Part shown: piece by piece, positions 28,937-39,686 of the stretch
How the letters are laid out: every line of letters starts with the position of its first letter
Position numbering within the stretch: the first letter of the stretch is position 1
Source: Gemmatimonadales bacterium
GTDB taxonomy: Bacteria; Gemmatimonadota; Gemmatimonadetes; Gemmatimonadales; JACORV01
Assembly (NCBI GenBank): GCA_030697825.1
Contig: JAUYOW010000049.1
Location: 12,221-76,220, forward strand
Direction: 5' to 3'
Length of the DNA: 64,000 bases
Made by a program: the position numbers and the translations under genes
The notes under the pieces: model-generated
Database searches by the model: none
What the model was told of the DNA's origin: nothing
Seen by the model: only the letters and a program-made list of their open reading frames with translations

Positions 28937-31246
28937 ATGCGGCCGTCATTGTTCATGCGCTCCAGTTTGCTAGGCGTTCTTCTCGCCGCCGCACCCGCTG
29001 CGGCGGCCTACGCGCAGTGCCCCGACGGCTCGCCGCCCCCCTGCCGCGGCATCACCTCGGCCGTTACGCCCGTCCGACGCGCCAACCCGGCGCTCGACGA
29101 GCGTACCTGGATCGTTCTCCCCTTCGAGAACGTCGCCCGCGCAGCTGACATCGACTGGCTGCGCGACGCCAGCGTGAACCTGCTGTACCTCGACCTCTCG
29201 AAATGGCGCGACATCCGCGTCATAGACGACGAGCGCGTCGCCGACCTCATGCGCGATCTGCCGGAGACCCGCACCCAGCAGACGCTCGGCCTTCAGTCCG
29301 GCCTCGCCGTGGCGCGGCGGGCCGGGGCGGGGAAGCTCGTAATGGGCGACCTCCTCAAGTTGGGGAGCCGCACCCAGATCGTTGCCAAGGTGTTCGATGT
29401 TCGCACCGGCCAGCGGGTCAGGTCCGTCCGCGAGGAGACCGCCAACCCCGACTCGCTCATGGGTCTCTTCACCAGACTCGCGCGCGGCATCCTCAACGTC
29501 GAGGCGGCTGCCGGTGCGACGCTCTCGGCCATCGGGACCACTTCGCTCGGCGCGTACCAGGAGTACGTCGCGGGCGTGGCCGCGCTCAACCGCTGGAACC
29601 TCGACTCCGCACACGTCCACTTCGATGGCGCGCTGCGCCTCGATTCGACCTTCGCGCTCGCCCACTACAAGCTGAGCATCGTCTACGGGTGGGAAAGCCC
29701 CAACGCCCCGCAACGGCTCAGCCACGCGGAAGCGGCGTCCCGGCTTGGTGCTTCGCTGCCGCCGCGGGAGCGCACGCTCATCACGGGACAGCTGGCGCAG
29801 TCGCGCAACCGATGGGGCGACGCGTGCGGCGCCTACGGGTCGCTGGTCCGCGCCGACTCCTCCGACGTGGAGGCGTGGTACAACTTCGGCGAGTGCAGCT
29901 ACCACGACCCCGAGGTGATCGCCCTCGGCGGCGACACGACGCGCCTGGTTTTCCGCGGCAGCTGGAACAACGCACTGCGCGCCTTCCGGAAGGCCCTGGA
30001 GTTGGATCCGACCTATCACCTCGCTTTCGCCCACATCCCGGACATCCTTCAGTCGGATCAGCGCGGCGGGTGCCGGCCGGAGTCCGCGGGACAGGACTGC
30101 ACCGTTCCCTACGTGGCGGTAGTGCTCCGCGGTGGTGATACACTGGTCACGGCGCCGGTCCCGCGGGCGACCGGCAGCGAGGAGATAGCGCGGCAGCTGG
30201 CCGAGGCGTCGCGGACCAACGCCCGCCGCGCCAACTACCTTCAAGCCGTGGAGATCGCGCGCGCGTGGGTGGACGCGGGTGCCGGCCGGCCCGAGCCGCG
30301 AGCCCGCGCCGCGTACGGTCGCGCCCTCCTGCGCACCGGCAACCTCCAGGCCGCCGCGCGCGAGCTCCGAGCCGGAGGCCTGGAGCCCCGCTCGCCCATC
30401 GAGCGCACTCAACTCGCCACCGACCAGGTAGAGGTCCTTCTCAAACTGGACCAGCTGGCGGAAGCGGTCGGGGTCATCGACTCGGTCTTCGCGGCGACCG
30501 ACAGCGTGCAAAGCGCAGGCGTGATGGGCGGGGTGATCGCCGCGACCATCGGACGCCTATCGCGGTTCGACGCGCGGACCAGGACCCTCAGCCCCTTGCC
30601 TGTGGTCCAGCGCTACTTCTGGGCGACGGGCCGAATCGCGCTCGGCGTGACGCCGGACAGCCTGATCGCGATCGAGCAGTCGTTCGCGACGTTGATCACC
30701 AGCCAGGGAGGCGGTCGGGTGCGCCCGAGCGCTGTCCTCGGCCCGCTGTACATCTGGGGAATGACGATGCATCCGGCGGGGACGCTCGCGCTCGACACCA
30801 CCGAGCGGGATCCACGCCTCAGGCTGGCCGCGTTCATGACTTCCGGGAATCCCGGGCGCGCCCGCCTGGAGCTCGCGAAGTTCGATTCCACCGTGCTCGC
30901 CACTCCCATCGAAACGCCGGAGAACGGCTCGCTTCTCCTCTCCGCCGAGTCGCACCTCATGCTCGGCGACTCGGCCGTCGCGCTCGAACGGCTCGTGGAA
31001 TTCGAGCGGCGGTGGGTCTACCAGCCTTTGACCGGACAGCTCTGGACGCAGGGCATCATCTTCAGTTCAATGCTCTGGGGCCGCACCTGGCTCCTCATGG
31101 GCGACGTGGCCGCGGCCCGGGGACAGAACGAGGTCGCGGTGCGCGCGTACCGGCGGGTCGTCGGCATGTGGAGCGGCGGCGACGCCGAGGTCCAACCAGG
31201 AGTCACGCGCGCCCGTGAGGCGCTCCAGAGGCTCGGCGGCAGCTAG
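28937..31246 (+). CDS. secreted TolB-N-like sensor domain / TPR-like repeat protein
   Basis: Signal peptide ending AAAAYA-QCPDGSPPPC. WIVLPFENVARAADIDWLRDASVNLL block resembling the TolB-amino-terminal-like module found on many bacterial kinases and cyclases. Long helical-repeat C-terminal part. Function unknown. Confidence 0.55.
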   Translation: MRPSLFMRSSLLGVLLAAAPAAAAYAQCPDGSPPPCRGITSAVTPVRRANPALDERTWIVLPFENVARAADIDWLRDASVNLLYLDLSKWRDIRVIDDERVADLMRDLPETRTQQTLGLQSGLAVARRAGAGKLVMGDLLKLGSRTQIVAKVFDVRTGQRVRSVREETANPDSLMGLFTRLARGILNVEAAAGATLSAIGTTSLGAYQEYVAGVAALNRWNLDSAHVHFDGALRLDSTFALAHYKLSIVYGWESPNAPQRLSHAEAASRLGASLPPRERTLITGQLAQSRNRWGDACGAYGSLVRADSSDVEAWYNFGECSYHDPEVIALGGDTTRLVFRGSWNNALRAFRKALELDPTYHLAFAHIPDILQSDQRGGCRPESAGQDCTVPYVAVVLRGGDTLVTAPVPRATGSEEIARQLAEASRTNARRANYLQAVEIARAWVDAGAGRPEPRARAAYGRALLRTGNLQAAARELRAGGLEPRSPIERTQLATDQVEVLLKLDQLAEAVGVIDSVFAATDSVQSAGVMGGVIAATIGRLSRFDARTRTLSPLPVVQRYFWATGRIALGVTPDSLIAIEQSFATLITSQGGGRVRPSAVLGPLYIWGMTMHPAGTLALDTTERDPRLRLAAFMTSGNPGRARLELAKFDSTVLATPIETPENGSLLLSAESHLMLGDSAVALERLVEFERRWVYQPLTGQLWTQGIIFSSMLWGRTWLLMGDVAAARGQNEVAVRAYRRVVGMWSGGDAEVQPGVTRAREALQRLGGS

Positions 31247-31251
31247 TCGAA

Positions 31252-31288
31252 CCGTCGCGGCGCTCGCGCGTGGCGATCGACGGTATTT
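31252..31288 (+). terminator. weak candidate terminator hairpin after the TolB-like/TPR gene
   Basis: CCGTCG..(20 nt GC-rich)..CGACGG followed by TATTT. The T-tract is poor. Confidence 0.2.
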
Positions 31289-31361
31289 CATCGGAGGCTT
31301 CGCGCGCGTCGGTTTCTAGCCGTTAGGCTCGCTTTGTATCGCGGCCTCCGGACTCGGTGAC

Positions 31362-31817
31362 ATGTTCCGGGTTGCGGCGGGAACCCTCCTCGCGGCGTTG
31401 GTCGCGAGCTGCGGGACCATTGCGCCGGCCCCCGGCGCGGAGCTAGCGAGGTTGGACGGGCAGTCGCTGATCGTCACGCTCTCGGTGGACAAGATGGCAT
31501 ATTCCGCCGGCGAGACCGTCGTCGCGACGCTCGTCGTTACCAACCGCACGGCGGCGCCCGTATTGCTCCGCTTCTCGACTACCCAGCGCTACGACTTCGC
31601 GATCACCGACCAAGCCGGCAACGAGGTCTGGCGTTGGGGGGCGGACATGATGTTCGGCCAGGCCATCGGCGAGGAGACGATCGAGCCGGGCGGGCGGCTC
31701 ACGTACCCGCAACGGTTTCGGGCGCCGGCCCTAGCCGGCACCTACCGTCTCGCCGGCCGGTTCGTGGCGATCGGTCGAGACTTCGCGGCGAGCGCCGACC
31801 TCGCCGTCACTCGCTGA
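31362..31817 (+). CDS. BsuPI-like (intracellular proteinase inhibitor fold) lipoprotein
   Basis: Lipobox LVASCG. Core YDFAITDQAGNEVWRWGADMMFGQAIGEETIEPGG matches the BsuPI domain pattern as I remember it. Confidence 0.6.
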   Translation: MFRVAAGTLLAALVASCGTIAPAPGAELARLDGQSLIVTLSVDKMAYSAGETVVATLVVTNRTAAPVLLRFSTTQRYDFAITDQAGNEVWRWGADMMFGQAIGEETIEPGGRLTYPQRFRAPALAGTYRLAGRFVAIGRDFAASADLAVTR

Positions 31818-31839
31818 GGCTCCTTGACGGCTCCTTGAC
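31818..31839 (+). repeat. perfect 11-bp tandem duplication GGCTCCTTGAC x2
   Basis: Read directly from the sequence. It starts immediately after the BsuPI-like gene stop, and each copy carries a TTGAC(G) -35-like hexamer. Confidence 0.9.
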
Positions 31840-31882
31840 GGGCCGCTAGTAGTGTGGCTTCGTCCGACTCAGCCGAGGAGGC

Positions 31883-33742
31883 GTGGTGGCTCCCAACCGA
31901 AGGATCTGGTCGCACTCGGTAGGCGTCTTCCTGGCGATTCTGCTCTCCGTCCCGGAGGGCGCCCAGGCGCAGTCGTGGCCCTCGCGTCCCAAACCGGCCG
32001 TTGGAGCCCGCCAGTCGTATGGCGCCCGCCGGCTCCAGCAGGCGTTCCCGCCTCCCACGGCCCTCCGTCTACGTGCGGCCCGCGCGACGGTGACGGAGAG
32101 CGAGCCCAACGACAGCCTTGCCACCGCGGATCCTGTAACCCTGGGCGACACGCTGACCGGAGTCGTGGACCCGGCCGGCGACGTTGACTACTTCGCGCTC
32201 AACGTCACCGGCGGCACCCGGCTCAACCTGGACGTGGACGCCCAGGCGCTCGGCTCCCCGCTAGACGCGATACTCGTCCTGATCGCGCCCGACAGCGTCA
32301 CCGTGCTCGCCTTCAACGACGACTTCGACGGCCTCGACAGCCGGATCCGGTTCACGGTCGCTACGACCGGCCGCTACTTCGTCGGCATCGCCTCGTACGC
32401 AGGCGACGGCTCACCATCGTACACATATACACTCATCTTCGGCGTCGCGACGCCCGGGCCCGGCGACCCAACGACTTCCTTCGCGACCGGCCTGGGATCG
32501 CCTGCGGGCATGGCCGCGTCCGCGGCCGGGGAGCTGTTCGTCGTCGACCCCACGGTCGCTCGCATCGTGCGCGTGAGCCCCACCGGCTCGACCTCGGACT
32601 ACGTGTTTTTCGGCCTCGGGCGCAGTCCCAGCGACATCGCCATTGACGGCTTCGGGGACCTGCTGGTGGCCAGCACCGACACCAACTTCAGCGGCGGCGT
32701 GGTGATGCGGATCGGGAACCCCAGCGCTCCGCCCACGTTCTTCGCGAGAGGCTTCATCTTCGCGGGCGCCATCGCCGTCGGTCCCGACGGTGACGTGTGG
32801 GTGGGCGACAACGGGTGCGGCTGCCTCTTGCGGTTCGATCCGGTCGGGACGCGGAAGGACTCGATCTTCGTCGGCTTCATGTCCGACCTGACCTTCTCAC
32901 CGGCCGGCGAGCTGCACTTCAGCAACGGCTACGATCAGGTTCTCAAGCTGGTGGGCCGCACGCCTCAGGTCGTGATTCAGGCCGGCCCGTACCTCGAGGG
33001 GCTCGCCTTCGACCGCGACGGGTACCTCTATGTCGCCAACGGGTACTTGGGGGAGGTGCAGCTTTTCACGCCGGGCTATCAGCAAGTGGGCGGCGTGTTC
33101 GCCAGGTCGAACCTCGGCGGCCCCATTGATCTGGTCTTTGGCCGGACCACAGCCGGAGCCATGACGTCACGCCTCTTCGCCGCGAACGTTGGCTTCAACC
33201 TTCAGCCGCCGTACGCGGGCGGGATCGTGGAGATGAACCCCGCGGGCATGCGGGCCCCTGGCCTCCGGGTGGGCGCGGACCTCCTGCGGGTGACGAACGC
33301 CGCGCTCAGGGACGGCGTGGTTGGCGCGGACTACGCCGATACGCTCCGCGTCCAGAGCACACCGGGCACGCCGGCCTGGAGCGTCGCGCGCGGAGCGCTG
33401 CCACCCGGCCTCACGCTCAGCGCGGCGACGGGCGTCATCGCGGGCATTCCACGGGACAGCGGCAGCTTCGCGGTGTCCGTGCGCGTGGACGCCGGCGCGC
33501 GGTTCGGGTTCGGCGGCTACGTGATCGACGTTGCGCGGCCGGAGGTCACGGTCGCCGACGCGGCGAACCATCTCCTCGGCGCCAACCTCTTCACGCCGGC
33601 GCTCGAACGGTTCATGGACCTGCAGGGGAACCGGAACGGCCGGTACGACCTGGCCGACTTCCGCGCCTACCTGAGAGCGCAGGGCCAACTCCCGACCGCG
33701 GCGGCGGCGTCCACCCGCAGGGCAACGGAGAGTCCCCGATGA
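31883..33742 (+). CDS. secreted PPC-domain / NHL-type beta-propeller / Ig-like protein with dockerin-like C-terminal motif
   Basis: Signal peptide (..SVPEGAQA). ESEPNDSLATADPVTLGDTLTGVVDPAGDVDYFAL resembles the bacterial pre-peptidase C-terminal domain. Repeated propeller blades (DIAIDGFGDLLVA, AIAVGPDGDVWVGD, GLAFDRDGYLYVAN). GALPPGLTLSAATGVIAGIP putative-Ig motif. GNRNGRYDLADFRAYL dockerin-like loop. Confidence 0.6.
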   Translation: MVAPNRRIWSHSVGVFLAILLSVPEGAQAQSWPSRPKPAVGARQSYGARRLQQAFPPPTALRLRAARATVTESEPNDSLATADPVTLGDTLTGVVDPAGDVDYFALNVTGGTRLNLDVDAQALGSPLDAILVLIAPDSVTVLAFNDDFDGLDSRIRFTVATTGRYFVGIASYAGDGSPSYTYTLIFGVATPGPGDPTTSFATGLGSPAGMAASAAGELFVVDPTVARIVRVSPTGSTSDYVFFGLGRSPSDIAIDGFGDLLVASTDTNFSGGVVMRIGNPSAPPTFFARGFIFAGAIAVGPDGDVWVGDNGCGCLLRFDPVGTRKDSIFVGFMSDLTFSPAGELHFSNGYDQVLKLVGRTPQVVIQAGPYLEGLAFDRDGYLYVANGYLGEVQLFTPGYQQVGGVFARSNLGGPIDLVFGRTTAGAMTSRLFAANVGFNLQPPYAGGIVEMNPAGMRAPGLRVGADLLRVTNAALRDGVVGADYADTLRVQSTPGTPAWSVARGALPPGLTLSAATGVIAGIPRDSGSFAVSVRVDAGARFGFGGYVIDVARPEVTVADAANHLLGANLFTPALERFMDLQGNRNGRYDLADFRAYLRAQGQLPTAAAASTRRATESPR

Positions 33743-34152
33743 AACGCTATGTCTCCAGACTGCTCGCCGGGGCGGCGTTGAGCATGTCGGCGGTGCTCGC
33801 GGCGTGCGCTGATTCGACGTCCGCCGCGACCCCTGGCGTCGTCACGGCCTCGTTGGCGACACCGAGCAGCGACGACGGCGCCGTGGCCGTGACGATCACG
33901 GGCCCGGGTGTCAGCACGGTGCAGGCGGTCAATTCCGCCTACCGCCTCTACTTCCGCCTCGCGTCGGACGGGGAGATGCGGGTGATCGTCGTCGGCAACC
34001 TGGTGGCGGGGCCGGTCTTCAGCGTCGGCGTCGCCGACGTCGGGAACCTCGGCGACTACGTCGTCACCGTCAACGATGTCGTGACGCGCGCAGACTCGGC
34101 GCGCGCGTCCCTGGCGGGCTACGGGGTGACGCTCACGGCGGCGGGCCGGTAG
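33739..34152 (+). CDS. small hypothetical lipoprotein
   Basis: ATGA overlap with the upstream gene. Lipobox VLAAC. All-beta-looking 137-aa sequence with no family I recognise. Confidence 0.5.
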   Translation: MKRYVSRLLAGAALSMSAVLAACADSTSAATPGVVTASLATPSSDDGAVAVTITGPGVSTVQAVNSAYRLYFRLASDGEMRVIVVGNLVAGPVFSVGVADVGNLGDYVVTVNDVVTRADSARASLAGYGVTLTAAGR

Positions 34153-34160
34153 CTTTCGGC

Positions 34161-34757
34161 GTGATCTTCGTACTCGACAACTACGACTCGTTCACCTTCA
34201 ACCTCGTCCAGTACCTGGGCGAGCTGGGTGCCGACCCCGTCGTGCGCCGCAACGACGTGCTGGCGGTGGACGAGGTCTTCGCCCTCGATCCCGACGGCAT
34301 CGTCATCTCGCCCGGCCCCGGCGTGCCCGCGAACGCCGGCATCTCGGTACCGCTGGTGCGCGCGGCCGCCGAGCGGGGAGTGCCGCTACTGGGAGTGTGC
34401 CTGGGGCATCAGGCCATCGGCGAGGCGTTCGGTGGCAAAGTAGTGCGCGCCAGGCGGCTCATGCACGGCAAGACCTCGCAGATCCGGCACGAGGGGAAGG
34501 GCGTCCTCGCGGGGCTACCATCCCCGTTCACCGCCATGCGCTATCACTCGCTGGTGGTGGAGGATCTCCCGTCATCGATCGAACCCACCGCCTGGTCGGA
34601 CGACGAGGGCTGGGGCGAGGAGTTGATGGCGGCGCAGCACGTTGCGGCGCCCATCCACGGGGTGCAGTTCCATCCCGAGTCCATCGGGACCGACGTCGGG
34701 AAAACGATTCTCGCCAACTTCCTGGCGATCTCCGCCTCGCGCGCCACTACACCCTAA
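34161..34757 (+). CDS. anthranilate/aminodeoxychorismate synthase glutamine amidotransferase subunit (TrpG/PabA type)
   Basis: VLDNYDSFTFNLVQYL, catalytic Cys in GVCLGHQAIGEAFGG, and GVQFHPESI. Confidence 0.9.
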   Translation: MIFVLDNYDSFTFNLVQYLGELGADPVVRRNDVLAVDEVFALDPDGIVISPGPGVPANAGISVPLVRAAAERGVPLLGVCLGHQAIGEAFGGKVVRARRLMHGKTSQIRHEGKGVLAGLPSPFTAMRYHSLVVEDLPSSIEPTAWSDDEGWGEELMAAQHVAAPIHGVQFHPESIGTDVGKTILANFLAISASRATTP

Positions 34758-34783
34758 ACCCCAAACCCTACACCCTCCCTACT
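34744..34783 (+). repeat. 40-nt G-free, C-rich tract with degenerate CCCYNNA heptamers
   Basis: CCACTACACCCTAAACCCCAAACCCTACACCCTCCCTACT spans the stop codon of the amidotransferase gene. CTACACCCT occurs twice (34747-34755 and 34768-34776). Confidence 0.9.
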
Positions 34784-34859
34784 GGCGGCCGAAACGGCTT
34801 GGCATCACCTTTCACTCCCTTTCCCGCCAAACTCGTAAGTAGGCCTCCCACAACAAGTT

Positions 34860-34888
34860 TTGACAGTCCTACGCCGAAGCATTAGGTT
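34860..34888 (+). promoter_or_regulatory. candidate sigma-70 promoter of the kdsB...dapF operon
   Basis: TTGACA (34860-34865), 17-nt spacer, TAGGTT (34883-34888). Lies about 40 nt upstream of the kdsB GTG, in the only sizeable gap upstream of a 16-kb gene chain. Confidence 0.35.
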
Positions 34889-34926
34889 GCTGGTGTGATT
34901 CTTGCCTGCGCGCGCGAGTTTTAGCT

Positions 34927-37354
<2,428 letters not shown>

Positions 37355-37355
37355 C

Positions 37356-38171
37356 GTGGAGCACCCAGCGCCGTTCGGGCCGGGCCCGTTCCTGATAGCG
37401 GGCCCGTGTGTTCTGGAGGATGACCGCTTGAACCTCGCGGTCGCCGAGCGCCTCGCGGAGCTGGGGCGCCGCCTTGCGCTGCCGATCATCTACAAGGCCT
37501 CCTTCGACAAGGCGAACCGCTCCCGCCTCGGCGCCACCCGGGGGCCCGGCATGGACGAGGGACTGAGGGCGCTCGAGCGGGTACGCACGCAGAGCGGACT
37601 GCCGGTGCTGACGGACGTGCACGACGCCTCCCAAGTGCCCACTGCCGCCGAGGTCGCGGACGTGCTCCAGATCCCGGCCTTCCTCTGCCGCCAGACCGAT
37701 CTGCTCGTGGCGGCGGGCCGCGCGGGGAAACCGGTGAACGTGAAGAAAGGCCAGTGGATGTCCGCCGAGGGGATGTCGGGCGCGGTCGAGAAGATCCGGA
37801 GCGGCGGCGCGCCGAGCGTCGCCGTGACCGAGCGCGGGAGCTTCTTCGGCTACGGCGACCTGGTCGTGGACATGCGGAACTTCGCGCGGCTCCGCGACGC
37901 GTGTAGCGCCCCTGTGATCTTCGATGCCACGCACAGCGTCCAGCAGCCGGGGCGCGGCGCGGATGGCGCGAGCGGCGGGCTCCGCGAGTTCATCCCGCCG
38001 CTGCTATTCGCCGCCGCGGCCGCCGGCGCCGACGGATTCTTCCTCGAGACGCACCCCGACCCTGACCACGCTCCCTCCGACGGCCCCAACATGATCCGCC
38101 TCGATGCGCTGCCCGAGTTGCTCGTCGCCGCGCTCGACGTGTGGCGCGCGGCGAGAGGGAACCACGGATGA
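37356..38171 (+). CDS. kdsA: 2-dehydro-3-deoxyphosphooctonate aldolase (Kdo8P synthase)
   Basis: FLIAGPCVLED and IYKASFDKANRS motifs. GTG 37356 lies 1 nt after the pyrG stop. Confidence 0.9.
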   Translation: MEHPAPFGPGPFLIAGPCVLEDDRLNLAVAERLAELGRRLALPIIYKASFDKANRSRLGATRGPGMDEGLRALERVRTQSGLPVLTDVHDASQVPTAAEVADVLQIPAFLCRQTDLLVAAGRAGKPVNVKKGQWMSAEGMSGAVEKIRSGGAPSVAVTERGSFFGYGDLVVDMRNFARLRDACSAPVIFDATHSVQQPGRGADGASGGLREFIPPLLFAAAAAGADGFFLETHPDPDHAPSDGPNMIRLDALPELLVAALDVWRAARGNHG

Positions 38172-38722
38172 TCGAGCTCGCGGTCGCCGGTCGCATCAAG
38201 CTGATCGGTTTCGACGTGGACGGCACGCTGACCGACGGCGGGCTCTACATCGGCGCTGCCGGCGGGCAGCCAGTGGAGCTCAAGCGGTTCGACATCCAGG
38301 ACGGCCTGGGCGTGAAGCTGCTGACGCGGGCCGGGTTGCTTACCGCCGTGGTGACCGCCCGTGCCGGCGAGGCCGCGCGGATACGCTCTTCGGAGATGGG
38401 CGTGGACGAGTTCGTGATCTCAGGGGGCCACAAGCTGCCGGCCTTCGAGGCGATCCTCCAGAAGCGGCAGGTGCGCTGGGAAGAGGTGTGCTTCATCGGC
38501 GACGACCTGCCCGACCTGCCCATCCTCCGTCAGGTGGGGCTGCCGGTGGCCGTGGCCGACGCGTGCAAAGAGGTGAAGGAGGCGGCGCGCTACACGACCG
38601 CGGCCGGCGGCGGGCACGGCGCGGTCCGCGAGCTGGCCGAGACCTTCCTCAAGGCGCGCGGCGTATGGAACGAAGTGGTGCGAGCGTACCTCAGGGAGCG
38701 GGGCGATGTCACCGCACGCTGA
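38168..38722 (+). CDS. kdsC: Kdo8P phosphatase (HAD family)
   Basis: LIGFDVDGTLTDG HAD motif I. ATGA overlap with kdsA. Confidence 0.85.
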   Translation: MIELAVAGRIKLIGFDVDGTLTDGGLYIGAAGGQPVELKRFDIQDGLGVKLLTRAGLLTAVVTARAGEAARIRSSEMGVDEFVISGGHKLPAFEAILQKRQVRWEEVCFIGDDLPDLPILRQVGLPVAVADACKEVKEAARYTTAAGGGHGAVRELAETFLKARGVWNEVVRAYLRERGDVTAR

Positions 38723-39686
38723 CGGACGCGAGGCTGCGCTGCGCCGCGGGCGCCAAGTGCTCGAGCAGGAGGCGGGCGCCGTGGCCGCGCTCGCGTCACG
38801 GCTCGACGGCCGCTTCGGCGACGCCGTGGAGCTCCTCAAGGCGTGCACCGGCCGGGTCGTGGTCTCGGGCGTGGGGAAGTCCGGCGTCATCGCGCGGAAG
38901 ATCGCGGCGACGCTCACTTCGACGGGGACACCCGCGACGTTCCTTCACCCGGTGGACAGCGTTCACGGTGACCTGGGGATCGTGGGCCGCGGCGACGCCG
39001 CGATCGTCCTCTCCAAGAGCGGGGAGACCGAGGAGCTGCTCGAGCTGGTGTCGCACCTCAAGCGGCTGGGCACGCCGGTCGTCGCGCTCATCGGGAACCT
39101 CGATTCCACGCTCGCGCGCCACGCGGACGTCGCGCTCGACGCAGCGGTGGACGCCGAGGCCTGCCCCTTCGACCTCGCCCCTACCACCAGCACCACGGTC
39201 GCCGTCGCCCTGGGAGACGCGCTCGCCGTCGCCCTCTTCGAGGCCAAGGGTTTCCGCGCCGAGGACTTCGCCCGGCTGCATCCGGGCGGGGCGCTCGGCC
39301 GCAAGCTCCTCATCCTCGTGAGTGACGTGATGGTCAGGGAGAACGTGCCGGCTCTCGGCCCCGACGCGCCGATGCGGGAGTGTGTGATCCTGCTCGCCGA
39401 ACGGCGGGGGACCGTCGCGGTCGTGGACGGGCAGCGCAAGGTGATCGGCGTGGTGACCGCGGGCGACCTCACCCGGCTCATGGAGAAGGAGTCGAGCTTC
39501 CTCGACGTCCCGGTCCGCGGGGTGATGACGCGAACTCCAAAGGTGGCCAAGGCGGGCGAGCTGGGCGGCGCGGTGGTCTTCCGGATGGAGCAGCACGGGA
39601 TCATGGCGATGCCGGTGGTGGACGGGGATGGCGTGCTACAGGGGATCGTGCACTTGCACGACTTGATGCGGGCGGGGGCAGCGTGA
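38706..39686 (+). CDS. kdsD: arabinose-5-phosphate isomerase (SIS + CBS pair)
   Basis: SIS motif VVVSGVGKSGVIARKIAATLTSTGTPA, followed by a C-terminal CBS pair. Confidence 0.88.
   Translation: MSPHADGREAALRRGRQVLEQEAGAVAALASRLDGRFGDAVELLKACTGRVVVSGVGKSGVIARKIAATLTSTGTPATFLHPVDSVHGDLGIVGRGDAAIVLSKSGETEELLELVSHLKRLGTPVVALIGNLDSTLARHADVALDAAVDAEACPFDLAPTTSTTVAVALGDALAVALFEAKGFRAEDFARLHPGGALGRKLLILVSDVMVRENVPALGPDAPMRECVILLAERRGTVAVVDGQRKVIGVVTAGDLTRLMEKESSFLDVPVRGVMTRTPKVAKAGELGGAVVFRMEQHGIMAMPVVDGDGVLQGIVHLHDLMRAGAA

Noticed and set aside
34800-34814. Sigma-54-like element TGGCAT-N5-TTCA upstream of the operon that contains rpoN.
   Set aside because: The -12 element lacks the conserved GC (TTCA instead of TTGC). 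No enhancer-binding protein gene or upstream activator sites were seen. A better sigma-70-like promoter lies 45 nt downstream.
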